64,000 bases of DNA from NCBI GenBank assembly GCA_013265495.1, contig MU058669.1:664056-728055 (forward strand), given 5' to 3'. Each line of letters opens with the position of its first letter. Within the stretch, counting starts at the first letter, position 1. Below are positions 1-12,799 of the stretch, one piece after another. The notes under the pieces were generated by a model that did no database searches, was not told the DNA's origin, and was given only the letters and a program-made list of their open reading frames with translations. The translations under genes were made by a program, and so were the position numbers. This DNA comes from Vicugna vicugna. Lineage: Eukaryota.

Positions 1-1814
1 TGTCAGTAATGGTATCATAATGTCAGCCTCTTCTATGAGTGCATGGGAACAAGTGTCATTTTAACAGCTGCTCTTTGTGTGAATTGGCTCTGAGTTGTTC
101 CAAACATGTCTTTTGCTTTTCAATTTTATATCTTTTTCCTGCTATTTTGAAAGGCATGTTGTTTCCTCTTTTCCTACTTCTGTCCGCTCTCCTCCTCTTT
201 CCTCGACTCCAGAAAACCTGAATTTTCCTACCTTCTATGCCACTTGCTGGCTCTGAGTCTTGACTCTGGTTACTTTCCCACCAAAAGCCTCGGTCCCCTC
301 ATTGGTGCAGTGGGGCTAAGAAACCTTGTTCTGCCAAACGTGCTGAGATCCTGAGAGGACACAGGGAGAAGGTGGATGTGAACAGTGAAGCATAGCGAGT
401 CCTACAAACACCAGGGCTGCTCCTCATTTTTATGGCTGCCTCCCAGCAGTGGGAGTTGTGAACGCCCAGCCAAGCCACCCTGTCCTCGCCCGTCCTGGGG
501 AATAAGACACAGCACGCACACAAAGGGAACAGCGTGCTTTTTTGTCTCTGATTCTGTGGGTTTATGACAGATGCCTCCCTGAAGCCAAGATTGAGTTTAT
601 CTTTGGAGAACCATTTAGAAAAAAGTTGTATTGGAGATGACTTTCAGTGCAGCACAATAATTTAATTTTAATTATTGATGTGACTTGAACCTGGCATTTT
701 GGATCTGTTTAGGCCTCTTGAAAGCTTGATGATTTTTCAACATTCTGAGGCCTCTAATTAACTATCTAGCCAGAGGTTTTCCGCATCAAGTAAACATACT
801 GTAATTCCATTATTAGAGTTCTCTGGAGAAATCAACTGTATCCTTGGTGCTGAATGGGAAAATTCATCAGCCCGGGGAGAGTGATGGTGAAATGCAGGCC
901 CAGAGATGCATTCTGAGATGACAGCTAGGGGCAGGTAGTCAGACTGGTCCCCTTTCTCCTGGTTCCGTTTGTCTGTAAGGCCCTGCAGAGTTAAGGACTT
1001 CAGCCCTCTGTTCCACTAGATTTAGCACATTAGGATAGGAAATAAACTCTCTTGGAAATTGGCTAGTTCATGTGCCAAAGGTAGTGCTTGCCTGAAGCAA
1101 GTTGTTAAGGATTTTGAGTCCATATTGCTTAATTTAGCAATTCATTTTGTACTTACCATGCACCAGGCATTTTCCTAAGCCCCTGCATTTGGGTTAAGTC
1201 ACTTAATTCTAGCAACAGTATGATGAGGCAGGTACCACGAATAATCCCTTCCCTATGGATGAGAAAACTCAACTAACATGCTTCCAGTCACACAGCTTAT
1301 AAGAGGTGGAGCTGGGATTCAAACTCAGGAAGTTGTGTTCCATTAAGCTCTAGTAGTGTGAAGTGCTTGGCTTGAGGCTGACACAGGGTGAGAACTGGGT
1401 GACTCTGGTTTGGACAGATGATGCTCTTATTGTCACTTGAGGTTGCCATAGATAAGTATGCATTTCCTAGCACCAGATATTTTTAAGCAGAACATTCCCC
1501 TTTTTCCTGGCTATGTATGCTCATCCTTTAGATACAGCTTAAATTTCATTCAAGAGAGGCTTTGCCTGGTCCATTCCAGACATCCTGGTCCAAAAGAGGT
1601 GCCCTTGCTATGAGCTCTCATGACATCCTTTGCTCTTTCTTTTTACATTTGCCTCAATGTGTAGTATTTAATATGTATCTGTGTGATCATTTGTGAACTC
1701 CTGTCTCCTCTCCTGTCTGTGAATTTGATGCTGTGTTCCCAGAGCTTGGAAGACAGCCAGCACTCAGTTGTTAGATGAAGGGCTTGGTTGGTTATTTAAC
1801 CACGGTACCCAATA

Positions 1815-2043
1815 GTAGTGTTTTTCAAACTGTGGGTCATGACCCCTTCGTGAGCCTTGAAATTCATTTTGTGGCTTTTGACAGCATTTAAAAGCATGAA
1901 AAAGAAGAGCAAGTGTTGGAATACTTCACACTTGGAAATGATACATATTCTTTTGTGAGGCTTTCACTATATAATGTGTGTACACTGGGTTGGATGTAAA
2001 TGTATTTCTGTGTATTACAGCCAAAGATTTTTGAAAGCCCTAG
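1815..2043. mobile_element. hAT-Charlie-type non-autonomous DNA transposon remnant
   Basis: Ends tagtgtttttcaaactgtgggtcatgaccc ... ttttgaaagcccta resemble Charlie-type terminal inverted repeats. Confidence 0.55.
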
Positions 2044-2920
2044 TCGGAAGTGTATTCCCCCACCAGATGAGGAGTGGGATCAGGTGGCCTCTGAGGTCTC
2101 TTGTTGCTGATTCTCGGGGATCTACAAGCCAGGCAAGAGGTGTCAGAGCCCAGGGCTTACTCCTCTCCATCCAATGCATTATATTTTTCAAGGCTGTTTG
2201 GTTATGACTGGATGATTTGGAGGTGATCTCTCTCTCGTTCAATTAAGCTCATGCTTGCTTTTCAGCCTGCTAAATGAAGCCTTTGATCACAATGGAGAAT
2301 TCAGTGTTTTTCACTGGTATTACAGCTCTAAATTTGCCCATTTCCAACAGCCGCTGATTCTAATTGAAATGAAAGGGCTGTGGGGTTTCTTTCTTTGGGG
2401 TTTAATTGTGTTTTTCTCCTTATGTATTGCCAACTGCTGGTCTCTATTTAAGAGGAAAAGGGGGTAGGATTGGAGAACAATGTGACAGAGCTTTTCTGGG
2501 CTAAAGTGGGTGGCAGGTTACAGTGTTTAAGACCTACTATCTCCATGACAAAGGATTGAACAACCCCCCCCCCCATTTTCTTTTCTTTCTTTAAAATCTA
2601 TGTGCCTTAGTGGTAGCTTAAGAATACTCCTGGGTTCACTTAGGCATCTTCTTTGCTTTTGTCTGTACAACCTTGCTACACAAAGTGTGGTTAGTGAACC
2701 AGTCAGCATTACCTTAGAACATGGCAGAAATACAAAACTGTTCCATTTGGATCTGCGCTTTTACAAGTTCCATAGGTGATTCCTGAACACATTTCAGTTT
2801 GAGAAGTGTGGTGCTGCAGGACCCAATATGTGGTTGGCATGAGTGAATCAGTGATTGAACTTGTTGAGAACTTGTTGGGTGAAACATGGGAATTTTTCTG
2901 CAATCAGAAAGTTAGGTTGG

Positions 2921-3739
2921 TGTGTTCATCAGGGTCTCCAGAGAAACAGAACCAATAGGAGGTGCATTTTTATCTGTCTGTCTGTACATGTACACAGGTA
3001 CACAAACATAGACAAAGAGATTTATTTTTGAGAATTAGCTCATACGATTGTGGAGACTTGGCAAGTCCAAATCTGATGGGGGGAACCGCAAGTGGAGACT
3101 CAGGAAAGAGTTGCTGTTCGAATCTAAAAGCAGCCTCCTGGTGAACCAGGAAGGCCCTGTGTTACAGATTGTCTTAGTCAGTTTGGTCTGCAACAACAGA
3201 ATACCATAGTGGCTTATAAATAACACAAATTTATTTCTCACAGTTATGGAGGCTGGGAGTCCAAGTCAAGATTCTAGCATAGTCAAGTTCTGCTGAGGGC
3301 CGCTTTGTGGTTTGCCAACTGCTGACCTCTGTTGTGTCCTCAGGTAGTTGAGAGAGGAAGCAGGAGTTCTCATGACTCCTACAAGGGCACTAATCCCTTT
3401 CCTGAGGACTCCACCCTCTTGATCTCATCTAATCCTAATTACCTCCCAAGGGCCCTACCTTCTCATACAATCACATTGTGGGTAGGGTTTCTATAACACA
3501 GATGAAGTCCAAAGGTCATCTACTGGAAGAATTCCTTTTGCTGGGGGTTGGTCAGCCTTTTATTTGGGCCTTCAGCTTACTCCACCCACATGAAGGAAGT
3601 CCATCTGCTTTACACAAAACTCACCAATTTAAATGTAAATCTCATCCACAAACGTACTCATGGAAATATCCAGAATCATGTTTGAACAGATACTGGCACT
3701 GTGGCCCCAACACGTTGATACATAAAGTTAACCATTGCA
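2921..3739 (-). mobile_element. MLT2-type (ERVL) solo LTR, interrupted by an MLT1 LTR
   Basis: TG...CA ends, cagggtctccagagaaacagaaccaatagga motif, perfect 5-bp TSD gttgg (2916-2920 / 3740-3744). Confidence 0.85.
3170..3498 (-). mobile_element. MLT1A-type MaLR solo LTR nested in MLT2
   Basis: tgtcttagtc...taaca ends, aaatttatttctcacagttatggaggctggga motif, perfect 5-bp TSD cagat (3165-3169 / 3499-3503). Confidence 0.85.
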
Positions 3740-5149
3740 GTTGGGAAGAAATGATGGGGAAAAGACAAGAAGAGAGGTCATCCAGGATCAGCAGGAGAGG
3801 TTGTTTCCAAAAATGTTGTATCCTGAAACTTGGGTTTTTCTTTTTCTTTTTTTTCCCAAAAAGCCTGATGCTGGCTTAGATCGAAGAGCCAGGCTTCAGG
3901 AGGAGAAGCCCCAGTGGGCCCTGGGGGATGCCAGGTTGGCTCCGAGACTCAGACCACTGGCTCGGGAGGCAGACAAGGGTGCACCCGCCCCCATCCATCA
4001 CTAGCTTTGTGATCCTGGGCAAGCCTCTTAATTCCAGAGTCTCAGTTTCCTAATCTGTAAAATGGAGCCATACTAGTTCTCATTCTGAGAATTGTCACGA
4101 GCATGAATGGAGACCACGCTCACGGAGTAGTGAGCTCAGAGCCTGGCACAGGGTGTTTAATGAACAGCAGCTGCTACAGCTGCTCTTGTTTTCTGCCACT
4201 GTTCCTGCTGTGGCTTTGAATCCTGGTGTGTGCTCCTCTTCCCTGGCCTAGGTCTCAAAATTGCCCTTGCAGTTCACATGCCAGTGGATGCCTCTTAGAG
4301 GCCAGGTTGTTGGGTCAATATCTGGTATCTTTACAAGCAGGCGAGAGGCCCTATTTTTTACAATTGTTGCACTGCAGTGCATCATTCTGAGGCGAAGGGG
4401 GAAAGTTACCCTTAACCAGGGTTGACTCATTTTCTGGTGAAATGAATTCTCTGAAGACAAGAAGTCGTAGCATCTCTGAAGTAGTGGCCGAAATGCAGCA
4501 AATCCCTTGCACCCCGACCCCCACCCCACCCCCCAGACTGTGCTTCTGCTCTGCTCTGCCTGCCCTGCCCCACTTAGGCTCCCGCCCCATGCACTACATT
4601 TCAGTAGCCTAGTTTCATCCAATCCTCTCAAGCAAATAGAGGGAAGTGTTTTCAATTAGCAAGATCTCATTGCTGAGGGCACTAAAATACAGCTCTTCTG
4701 GAGCAAAGAGAGTAATTGAACGTATGTTGTGTATTTTCTGGAGGAGGGAGTACCTTGCCAGGATTTTAGCGCTCCCATGCCTGCTGGCTTGGGGCCACTC
4801 CAGCCACGAGCTTGTGAGTTAAAGAAGCCTAATCTTGTCTCCCTTCAGAGGCATAAATCCCCGCTGAGTAGCCCTGGTGGTGGCTGTGCGGCTCCTTCCG
4901 CTCAGGCGAAGGGAGTGACTTACCTGCAAAGCAGCCTGTTTCTTGGTTGGACACCTCTGGCTCTGAGAAAGTTAGAACTTTCTTTTTTATGTTAAGGACA
5001 GCTTTCAGGGTTGATCACTCTTCCTTATATTTTCCCAAACTCACCATCCCAGAAATCAGTCTTAATGTTCTTTGTTTCTGTGTTTCTACCCTTTCCTCCC
5101 CTGCCTTCTTCCCCACACAAGTATTAAAGAAATGAGTAGCAGTAATGGA

Positions 5150-6040
5150 TCCATTCATTCCTTCACTTACTGTTTATTCAAACAACATTTATTAAGTGTC
5201 TGCATTCTGCCACGCACCCCTCAAAGCACTGGGAGTAGAATGATATGACCATTTTTTGTCACCTGTCTACTCTTAGAAAAAGTTCCATGTTCCTTCTCAG
5301 CAGGAGAGGTTGTTTCCAAAAACGTTGCATTCTGGAACTTGGGTTTTTTTTTTTTTTCCAAAAAGCCTGATGCTGGCTTAGATCCCTTCTCACATGGAAC
5401 TTTTTCTAAGAGTAGACAGGTGACAATAAGCCAAGATAATTATAGGGTGACAAGGACTTGGATAGAAATAAACAAGGAGAAATGGCCACGAGAACTCTGT
5501 GCATGTGTGGGAGAGAAAGGGAAAAAGAAAGAGAGTTTGGAATCAATTGGTTTTTCTTTGGATGGAGTGGTCAGGGAAGTCTTCCTGGGGGAGGTGACGT
5601 TGGTGCCTAAATCTTAAAGAGGAAGGAGTATGGGGAAAAGCAAAGAACATTCAGGTGGGAAGAAGTTGGTGTGTTGGATGGGCAGAGAGAGCCCATGGAG
5701 GCAGAGGATTACTGGGCAAGGGAGAGAAGAGTGAAAGAGCTAATGGAGGGGAAGGTAGAGCAGCTCTGAAAGGCCCCGCAAACCAAGGAAGGGAATCTGG
5801 GTTTTATTCTGGCTGCAGTAGAAAGTTATCAGGGGATTCTAATGGCGTTTGGTTGTATGATTTAAGTTTTAAAAAGAGCGCTCTGGTTATGGGTGGAAAG
5901 GGGATGGTGAGAGGACCAGTGAGGGGCTATCACAGTACTTATATATAGCTGAAAGCATGGATTTCAGCTGTGTGTTTGGAGGCAGAAATGCTAGGAGCTA
6001 GTGATGAACTAAACTGGACATTGTGGTTAAAGGAAAGGGT
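5150..6040 (-). mobile_element. L2 3' remnant carrying a templated insertion at 5256-5391
   Basis: cattcattc...aacatttattaagtgtctgc tail motif and purine-rich body typical of reversed L2. Confidence 0.65.
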
Positions 6041-6094
6041 GTCCTCTCTTATCCTTGGGGCCCTGAAAAATATCAGAGGGATATCTATGCTTGG

Positions 6095-6640
6095 GTACCA
6101 TAGACTGAATGCTTGTGGCCCCTCAAAATTTGTATGTTGAAATCCTAACCCTCAATGCACTGGGAGGTACTAGGAGGGGAAGTGTCTTTGGGAAGTGATT
6201 ATATTATGAGGGTGGAGCCCTCTTGATTGAGATTATTAAAAGAGACTCCAGAAACAAGTTCCTACTGTGCAGCACAGAGAACTATATTCAGTACCTTGCA
6301 ATAGCCTATAATGAAAAGGAATATGAAAAGGAATATATATATGTATAACTGAATCACTTGCTGTACACCAGATATTAACACAACATTGTAAACCCACTAT
6401 ACTTCAAAAAAATGAATATAAAATACTTTAAAAAAGAGACCCCAGAGAGATCCCTTGCCCCTTTTATCATGTGAGGACATAAAAGATGGTCATCTTTGAA
6501 CCAGGAAGAGGATTGTAACCAGATACCAGATCTGTTGGCATCTTAATCTCGACTTACCAGCCTCCAGAACTATGAGTAATAAATGTCTGTTGTTGAGGGT
6601 ACTCAGTCTCTGGCATTTTGTAATAGAAACAGACTGAAGC
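6095..6640 (+). mobile_element. MLT1A-type MaLR LTR interrupted by a short L1 3' end (6253-6431)
   Basis: atgttgaaatcctaacc and aataaatgtctgttgtt LTR motifs. L1 tail flanked by TSD aaaagagac(t/c)ccaga (6238-6252 / 6432-6446). Confidence 0.75.
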
Positions 6641-7269
6641 AGAGGGAAGGGAGAGAAAGAATCAGCCATACTTGACAGTGAGTGAGTGGGGGACACCCTA
6701 TTCCTGGAGGAGATTTCATTTTTCACCTGAAAATGCTGAAGGATGTGGTAACTGTATGGATGAATATGTAGAGGGTGCCAGAAGAAGTCTTAGAGACCTA
6801 GAACTACTCTTTTTTAAATTGACAGATGATTCAGTAGGGAATAGACAAATGAGTCACAAAGCAAATCAGTGGCAGAGCCAAGACCAGAATCAGGTTGTGA
6901 GATCCAGGCTCATGCTCTTCCCAGTGGCTTGTTCTCAATGAGGGTTCTCAGGCCAAGATATTAGAGGTCATGAAAACGAGGCAAACAGGAGGATCCTACA
7001 TGCATCAGTCATTTGGTGGGAAAGGAACTGAGAATGAAAGCTTGATTTTTGTCTATTTTTTTTCCTTCAACACTCCATGGTTTCCCATTGCACACTATAC
7101 TCAAAGACTGACAAAGGTGGGAATGACCTGTGCAGACTCAGCACCTGGCTCAGTCCTGGCATGTCTTAGGTGCTCAGTAAATGTTTGCTGAATGAATGAA
7201 TACATGTTTCAGAAGTGGAGGGCCTATTCCTAGGTGTTTTCTAAGAAATCCTTCTGATTAAATGCTGAT

Positions 7270-7790
7270 CTCATTTTGGGCTGGAATTGCAGCAATAAGC
7301 TGTTCAGACCAGGGATCAGAGAGTCCTGCTCTGTGCTACACGGGCTCAGTGACACGTGGAGACAAATGTTCCTTAGGTCATGCTTAGCAGAATATTGGAA
7401 AGGGGATGGTCATGGAACTTGGAACAATGTTGAATGTTGTTAAAATGACTGGGGTTATATGGAGCCTGAAGTAGAGCCAAGAGGAAGTTGGATATTCAGA
7501 GGGTTGTCCTGTTAAAATATTCTGGTTTTATTTTGGGGGATCCCACATAGTACAGTGTGGTCAGTGGCTCCAATTTTCAGGAAGGAAGAAAGATTCTTGT
7601 TCAGTGTAAAGGTGAATCAAACAGTGTAGCCATTTAAAAATGAGACAGATTTCTTAGAGTGAGGTAGAGGAATGGTAAATGGGTCGACATGGGACGTCTT
7701 CTTGCCAGGAATTTTGTTAAAGGCAGTCTCTGATTTTATGGAGACAGGAGTGGATGTCTTCTCTGGTAATGTTTTCCAACCTGAGATTTT
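7270..7790 (+). mobile_element. CR1/L3 LINE remnant
   Basis: Degenerate similarity to the L3 3' region; boundaries approximate. Confidence 0.4.
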
Positions 7791-10335
7791 CAGGTACTTT
7801 CAGAAAGTTAGTATTCATTCATTCATTCATCACGTACTCTGTGTTGGGTTCAGTGGTGAGTATACACATATATTCGTAGGAATATACACCCAGAATCTCA
7901 CATGAGTTTTTAATCCACTAAGGTAGGTGAGCTTGTCCATTTGCTCTCCAACATTTCTAGAGGCCTCTTGATCATAAAACCTCCTAAATGAACAGAATGT
8001 CTTCAAACAAGTTCATCAGAGCCAAATCCAGTGCCAGATGGAACCCCAGAACCCCCGGCTAGAACTGTAATGGTAGAAAGCATAGGAAGCTGTAACTTCT
8101 GTTTTCTCGAGTGAGCTTAATTGTTTAAAAGCCAGCTGGCTCCTGGGGTCGTGATGCCACCTTTTTATTTCCCTCCAAATGAAGTTCTCCACCCTGTTCC
8201 TTCTCTGCATGTCTCAGCCAAGAGCAAGCTCCGTCTATAAGTAGCTTTCATTGATAATTACAGTGGATGTTGCTTCAAGCACCATCTGGGCTCTCCGGGA
8301 CCTGGTAGTGCTGAGAGTCATCTGTATTGCCTTTGCAAACAGCGCCAGTGGGAATCTGCAGGCTTCTCTGGCTAGGCTTTCCTCCCTGGCACTGTCCTCC
8401 AAGCTGGGGGTGGACTTGAAGGCAGCCAGATCTGATTAGGAATAAAAAGATGGGATCCAGGATGTGCTAGTTCCCTCTGACCTTGATGTGGTCACCAGAA
8501 TGCATCACTTTCGTTTTCTCTGGATGGTTTGCGTTTCATCTTGAGCACGTTCAAAATCTGTCCTCTTGGAAAAAACTGGCCCAGGGGCAACTGCAATAAG
8601 GCAAAGAGATTCGTGATGTGTCTGTCTACCCCATTCATCCTCACTCTTTCTTTAGCTTCTCTTGGTCTGGTTACATTTATTCCTTAAGAGATACTCAGCA
8701 ATAAACAAGGCTTGAGTTGGAGGCTGAGATTCTTAAAATCCCTTCTAGGCAGTTTTCATTCTGTCCGTTAACCCATTAGTGATAGGTGATCCCTCACTAG
8801 AGTTCATGAACTTTGAACCCTGAAAACATCTATATCTAACTTACCATTTGTCCAGACCTCCAAGTCCCAGTTTTTTTTCTTTCTTTCTTCTGTTCTCTGA
8901 GAGGGTCTGACTTTCCTTTTTATCAGGGATACTGATCCAATAACAGCATTTATCTCTGACCAACTGTGCTTAGACTTCATAGATAACAAAGATTAAGAAG
9001 GTATTTATCGCACTCTCTCTCTCTATTATCTTATGTTTATAATTGAAAGCATTTGTTTTGGCAGCAGCGCACAGAAAACCAGGTAATATGTACAATGACA
9101 CTTACTTTTTCCCACAGACAATGGTTAGCTGTCATAGTAGCACAGATAGTGGTAGACAGGCAGGTTCTGGAGTCTGAACAGTTCAAATTTTAACGTCAAC
9201 ATTTTCCGCTGATACAAACTTAAATCAGGTACTAGCTGCCCTGAGTGTCAGCAGCTCCATCTGTATGATAGGGGTAATAATAGCTTCTGCCTCAAAGGGG
9301 ATTAAATGAGATGATACCTATTCAGCATTTGGCAAAATAAGCGTGTAATGCCTGCGGGTGTTAAGGAGCCAGGCTTTCTTCAAGACCTTCTTGTCGTGAA
9401 TCCTGGAGTAACTGGAGCAGGGGTTAAAGGAAGTGAAATCCCAGTACAGACTGAGCGTTGTGTTACTGATGATAAGTATCTTTCCTCTAAATATTTGCTT
9501 GTTTATCTTTACTTCCATCTTTGTGCTGCCCTAGGTCTTTTCATAGCTATTGAACCCCATCTGTTCTCATTTATATTCAGCTGCTATTTAGAATATAAGT
9601 GTTAATTATCTCCTTAACACCTCACTGCTACTAATTCTGAGCACTGTGTGTTCTTGGTTCCTTTGGTTTACGCCATCTGCCCAGGGTCCCACACCACTTG
9701 TCTTCATTATCTCTTCTGTTGTTTTAGTGGTTCTTGACTCTCTTTTAAAAACAACATGTTTAGAATTGCCTCCTTTAGCTATTATTTTCAAATAAATTGT
9801 TCTGATGATAAAAGTAATCCTTATTATAAACATTGGAAAAATAGGGGGAAAGTAAGCCTTCCACCAAGACAAAGGAAGGATTTATATGTGATATTTTCTT
9901 CTACTCTTTTTTCCCTCTATGGGCCTATATATGTATTTTAAACCTAGGTTCATATCATGCATCAGATGGGAGTTTTTAGCTACAAGCAATGAAATAGTCA
10001 ACTCAAATGGGCTTCTAAAGTGAGGAAATAGATGAGCACACATAACTGAAAATGCAGAGGTAGAACAGAATTTAGGATTACCTTAATTCAGTGCTTCTGC
10101 CTCCATTTCCTGTGATTCTCTCAGCTCCATCATCTGCTTCAACTAATAAAGCAACATGGCTTTAGTAACCCCAGGCATCACATCTGTACCCAAAAAGTCC
10201 AGGGGAAGAGGGGCTATCTCTTCCTGCAGACTACCTTAAGCGCAGAGAGCCTTTTCCAGAAATTCCCAGCAAACTTCCCTTTGCAGCTCATTGGCCCCAG
10301 TTGAGCGTCTATTCCTGAATCAAGACTATAAAGGG

Positions 10336-10856
10336 TGATAAAGAAGCTGTGGTATGTTTATACAATGGAATACTGCTTACCCATAAAAAGAATAAAATAA
10401 TGGCATTTGCAGCAACATGGATGGACCTGGAGATCATCATTCTAAGTGAAGTAAGCCAGAAAGAGAAAGTGAAATACGATATGATAACACTCATATGTGG
10501 AATCTAAGAAAAGAAAAAAGACGACACCAATGAACTCATCTACAAAATAGAAACAGACTGGAAGACATGGTTACAGGAGGGGAAAGGGAGTGGGAAGGGA
10601 TACATTTGGGAGGTCAAGATTTGCAAGTATTAATACTATATATATATAAAATAGATAAAAACAATATTTCTTCTGTATAGCACAGGGAGCTATATTCAAT
10701 ATCTTGTAATAACCTTTAATGAAAAAGAATATGAAAATGAGTGTGTATATATATATATATATATATATAGCTGGGACATTGTGCTGTACACTAGAAATTG
10801 ACACATTATAACTGACAGTACTTCAATAAAAAATAAAAATTAAAAGAATTTTAAAA
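10336..10856 (+). mobile_element. 5'-truncated young L1 3' end
   Basis: ORF2 end (gcatttgcagcaacatggatggacctggag), 3' UTR and A-rich tail. Perfect 14-bp TSD aagactataaaggg (10322-10335 / 10857-10870). Sits inside an old MLT1-like LTR. Confidence 0.9.
10746..10769. repeat. (TA)n microsatellite within an L1 3' UTR
   Basis: Direct reading of the sequence. Confidence 0.9.
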
Positions 10857-10897
10857 AAGACTATAAAGGGAGATCAGTTTACCATGATTGGCTCAGA

Positions 10898-11085
10898 TCA
10901 GTATGTCTTCAACTTGTGTGTGCCTCTGAGGTCCCTTGAGATCTTGTTAAAACTCCGATTTTGGACTTTGTCTCCAATGTTGCAGACTCAGTCGATCAAG
11001 ATTCCATTGTGAATTTGCATTTCCAACAAACTTCCAGGTAATGCTAATATTGCTGGTCTAGAGACCACACTTTGAGAACCACTGG
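10898..11085. mobile_element. MER5-type hAT MITE
   Basis: tttgcatttccaacaaacttccaggtaatgct...accacactttgagaaccactg motif. Confidence 0.7.
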
Positions 11086-12417
11086 CTTAGACAATTAGAG
11101 CACTTTTTTTGTAAATGTGTTCAATTTCTCCAAATATTTTGTGGCCATGCAAAACAGGAAAGATGAAATGGATGGTGGAGAAAACCAAGGTATCTACTAT
11201 ATCCTCAATTATTACTCCCATATCATCAAAAATTCCTTAAATGTGTAGATTTTACCATTAAACTGTTAAAATGTGAAAAACCATGGTACTTCTATGTAAT
11301 AGAATAATGTTTAACTGGTCTTCTGCTGTTGGGCATGAATGGTTTGAATATTTTACTGTTATAAATTACACAGTAAAAAATGCCAGCACACAAAATCATT
11401 TGTGTGCTTCTCTGATTATTACCCAAAGATGCATTCCTAGAAGTCGAATTACTGTTTCAGCTATTCTTATCTCACTGACTCAGGGCTCCTTTTTCCAGAG
11501 AATAAATGTCCTGTTTTCCCCCCTGGCTTTCTTAAAGGGCCAGTCTTTTATAGCCTGTGTACATTGATGAAATCTTTTCACAGAGTAGAACCAGGTGGGA
11601 TTGGGATGGGAAGAAGGGCAGGATGACTCAGCAAGTGGAAAAGAGGAGAACAGGTCCTGACACCTGAAAGTACATGGCTTGCATAGGGAGCAGATCACAT
11701 ACGTGGGTACCTCATGAGAATACCATGCAAGGGTATGTGGAGTCGTGGAAGATGATGTGGGAAAGGAGACTTATGACAGTTTGAGCCTACATTTTTTTTT
11801 TTGGGGTATTGATTTCTAAACTTTACATTTTTTGTCTTATCTGTGTCCTATCTACATTATTATAATAGTTTTTTACTCAACATATGTAAATGAATTTATT
11901 TTTTGTAGAAACTTTGTATCACTAAGGATAAGAGAAACCATGTCAGTTACCATAAACGGAAAGTAGCTAGTATGTAAAACAGTGTTGTTAAATTCGAACC
12001 CAGTATTTTGCATGTTGAAAGCTCTGAATTTCTCTGCTGTGGGGAGGTGAGCATGTATTAAGGGAAGCAAAAGACATAGCAGCTTCAAATACCTTCTAGG
12101 TATCCATAGAAAGACTAAAAGATTTTGCAGAGGAAATGGCTTTCTCATGCTGTATGCGAATGCTATTTAATGTCACATTGTACACTTCCTAAAATCATCA
12201 AAATCCCGCTCTTAGGACATCAGTGCGCTGGGCTAATAAGCTGCGAGCCTCAGAACTGCTAAGAATTAAACACACCCGTGGAATCAGAATCTCTGGGGTT
12301 GGTGGTAGGAGGTGGGCTCAGGAATCTGCATTTTACCCCATGTCCAGGTGATTCTCATGATCACAGAGGTTTAAGACACACAGCTAAGTTGTAAAGAACC
12401 ATTATCTTTTCCCCTCA

Positions 12418-12705
12418 TTTTTAAAAAAGTTGAAGTATTGTCAGTTCACAATGTGTCAATTTCTAGTGTACAGCATAATGTTTCAGTTACACATATACAT
12501 ACATAGACTCTTTTTCATATTCTTTTTCATTATAAGTTACTACAAGATATTGAATATAGTTCCCTGTGCTATACAGAAGAAACCTGTTTACCTATTTTAT
12601 ATGTAGTAGTTAATATTTGCAAATCTCAAAGTCCCAGTTTATCCCTTCCCACCCGCTTTCCCCTCTGGTAACTGTAAGTTTGTTTAATATGTCTGTGAGT
12701 CTAAT
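12418..12705 (-). mobile_element. L1 3' UTR fragment
   Basis: aagatattgaatatagttccctgtgctataca motif shared with the other L1 tails in the window. Confidence 0.8.
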
Positions 12706-12799
12706 TTTGAGCTTATAAAAAACATTCTTCTGGTTTGCCAGCTTCAATCTATTTCAAAGATACAGTTTATGCACCCTCTACAATGAACCTTTTGTGTCC

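Noticed and set aside
5256..5426. Novel MITE or miRNA hairpin
   Set aside because: No TSD outside the arms, the right arm is part of the host L2, the core is a local copy, and a ~100-nt loop is too large for a pre-miRNA. Reported as a templated insertion instead.
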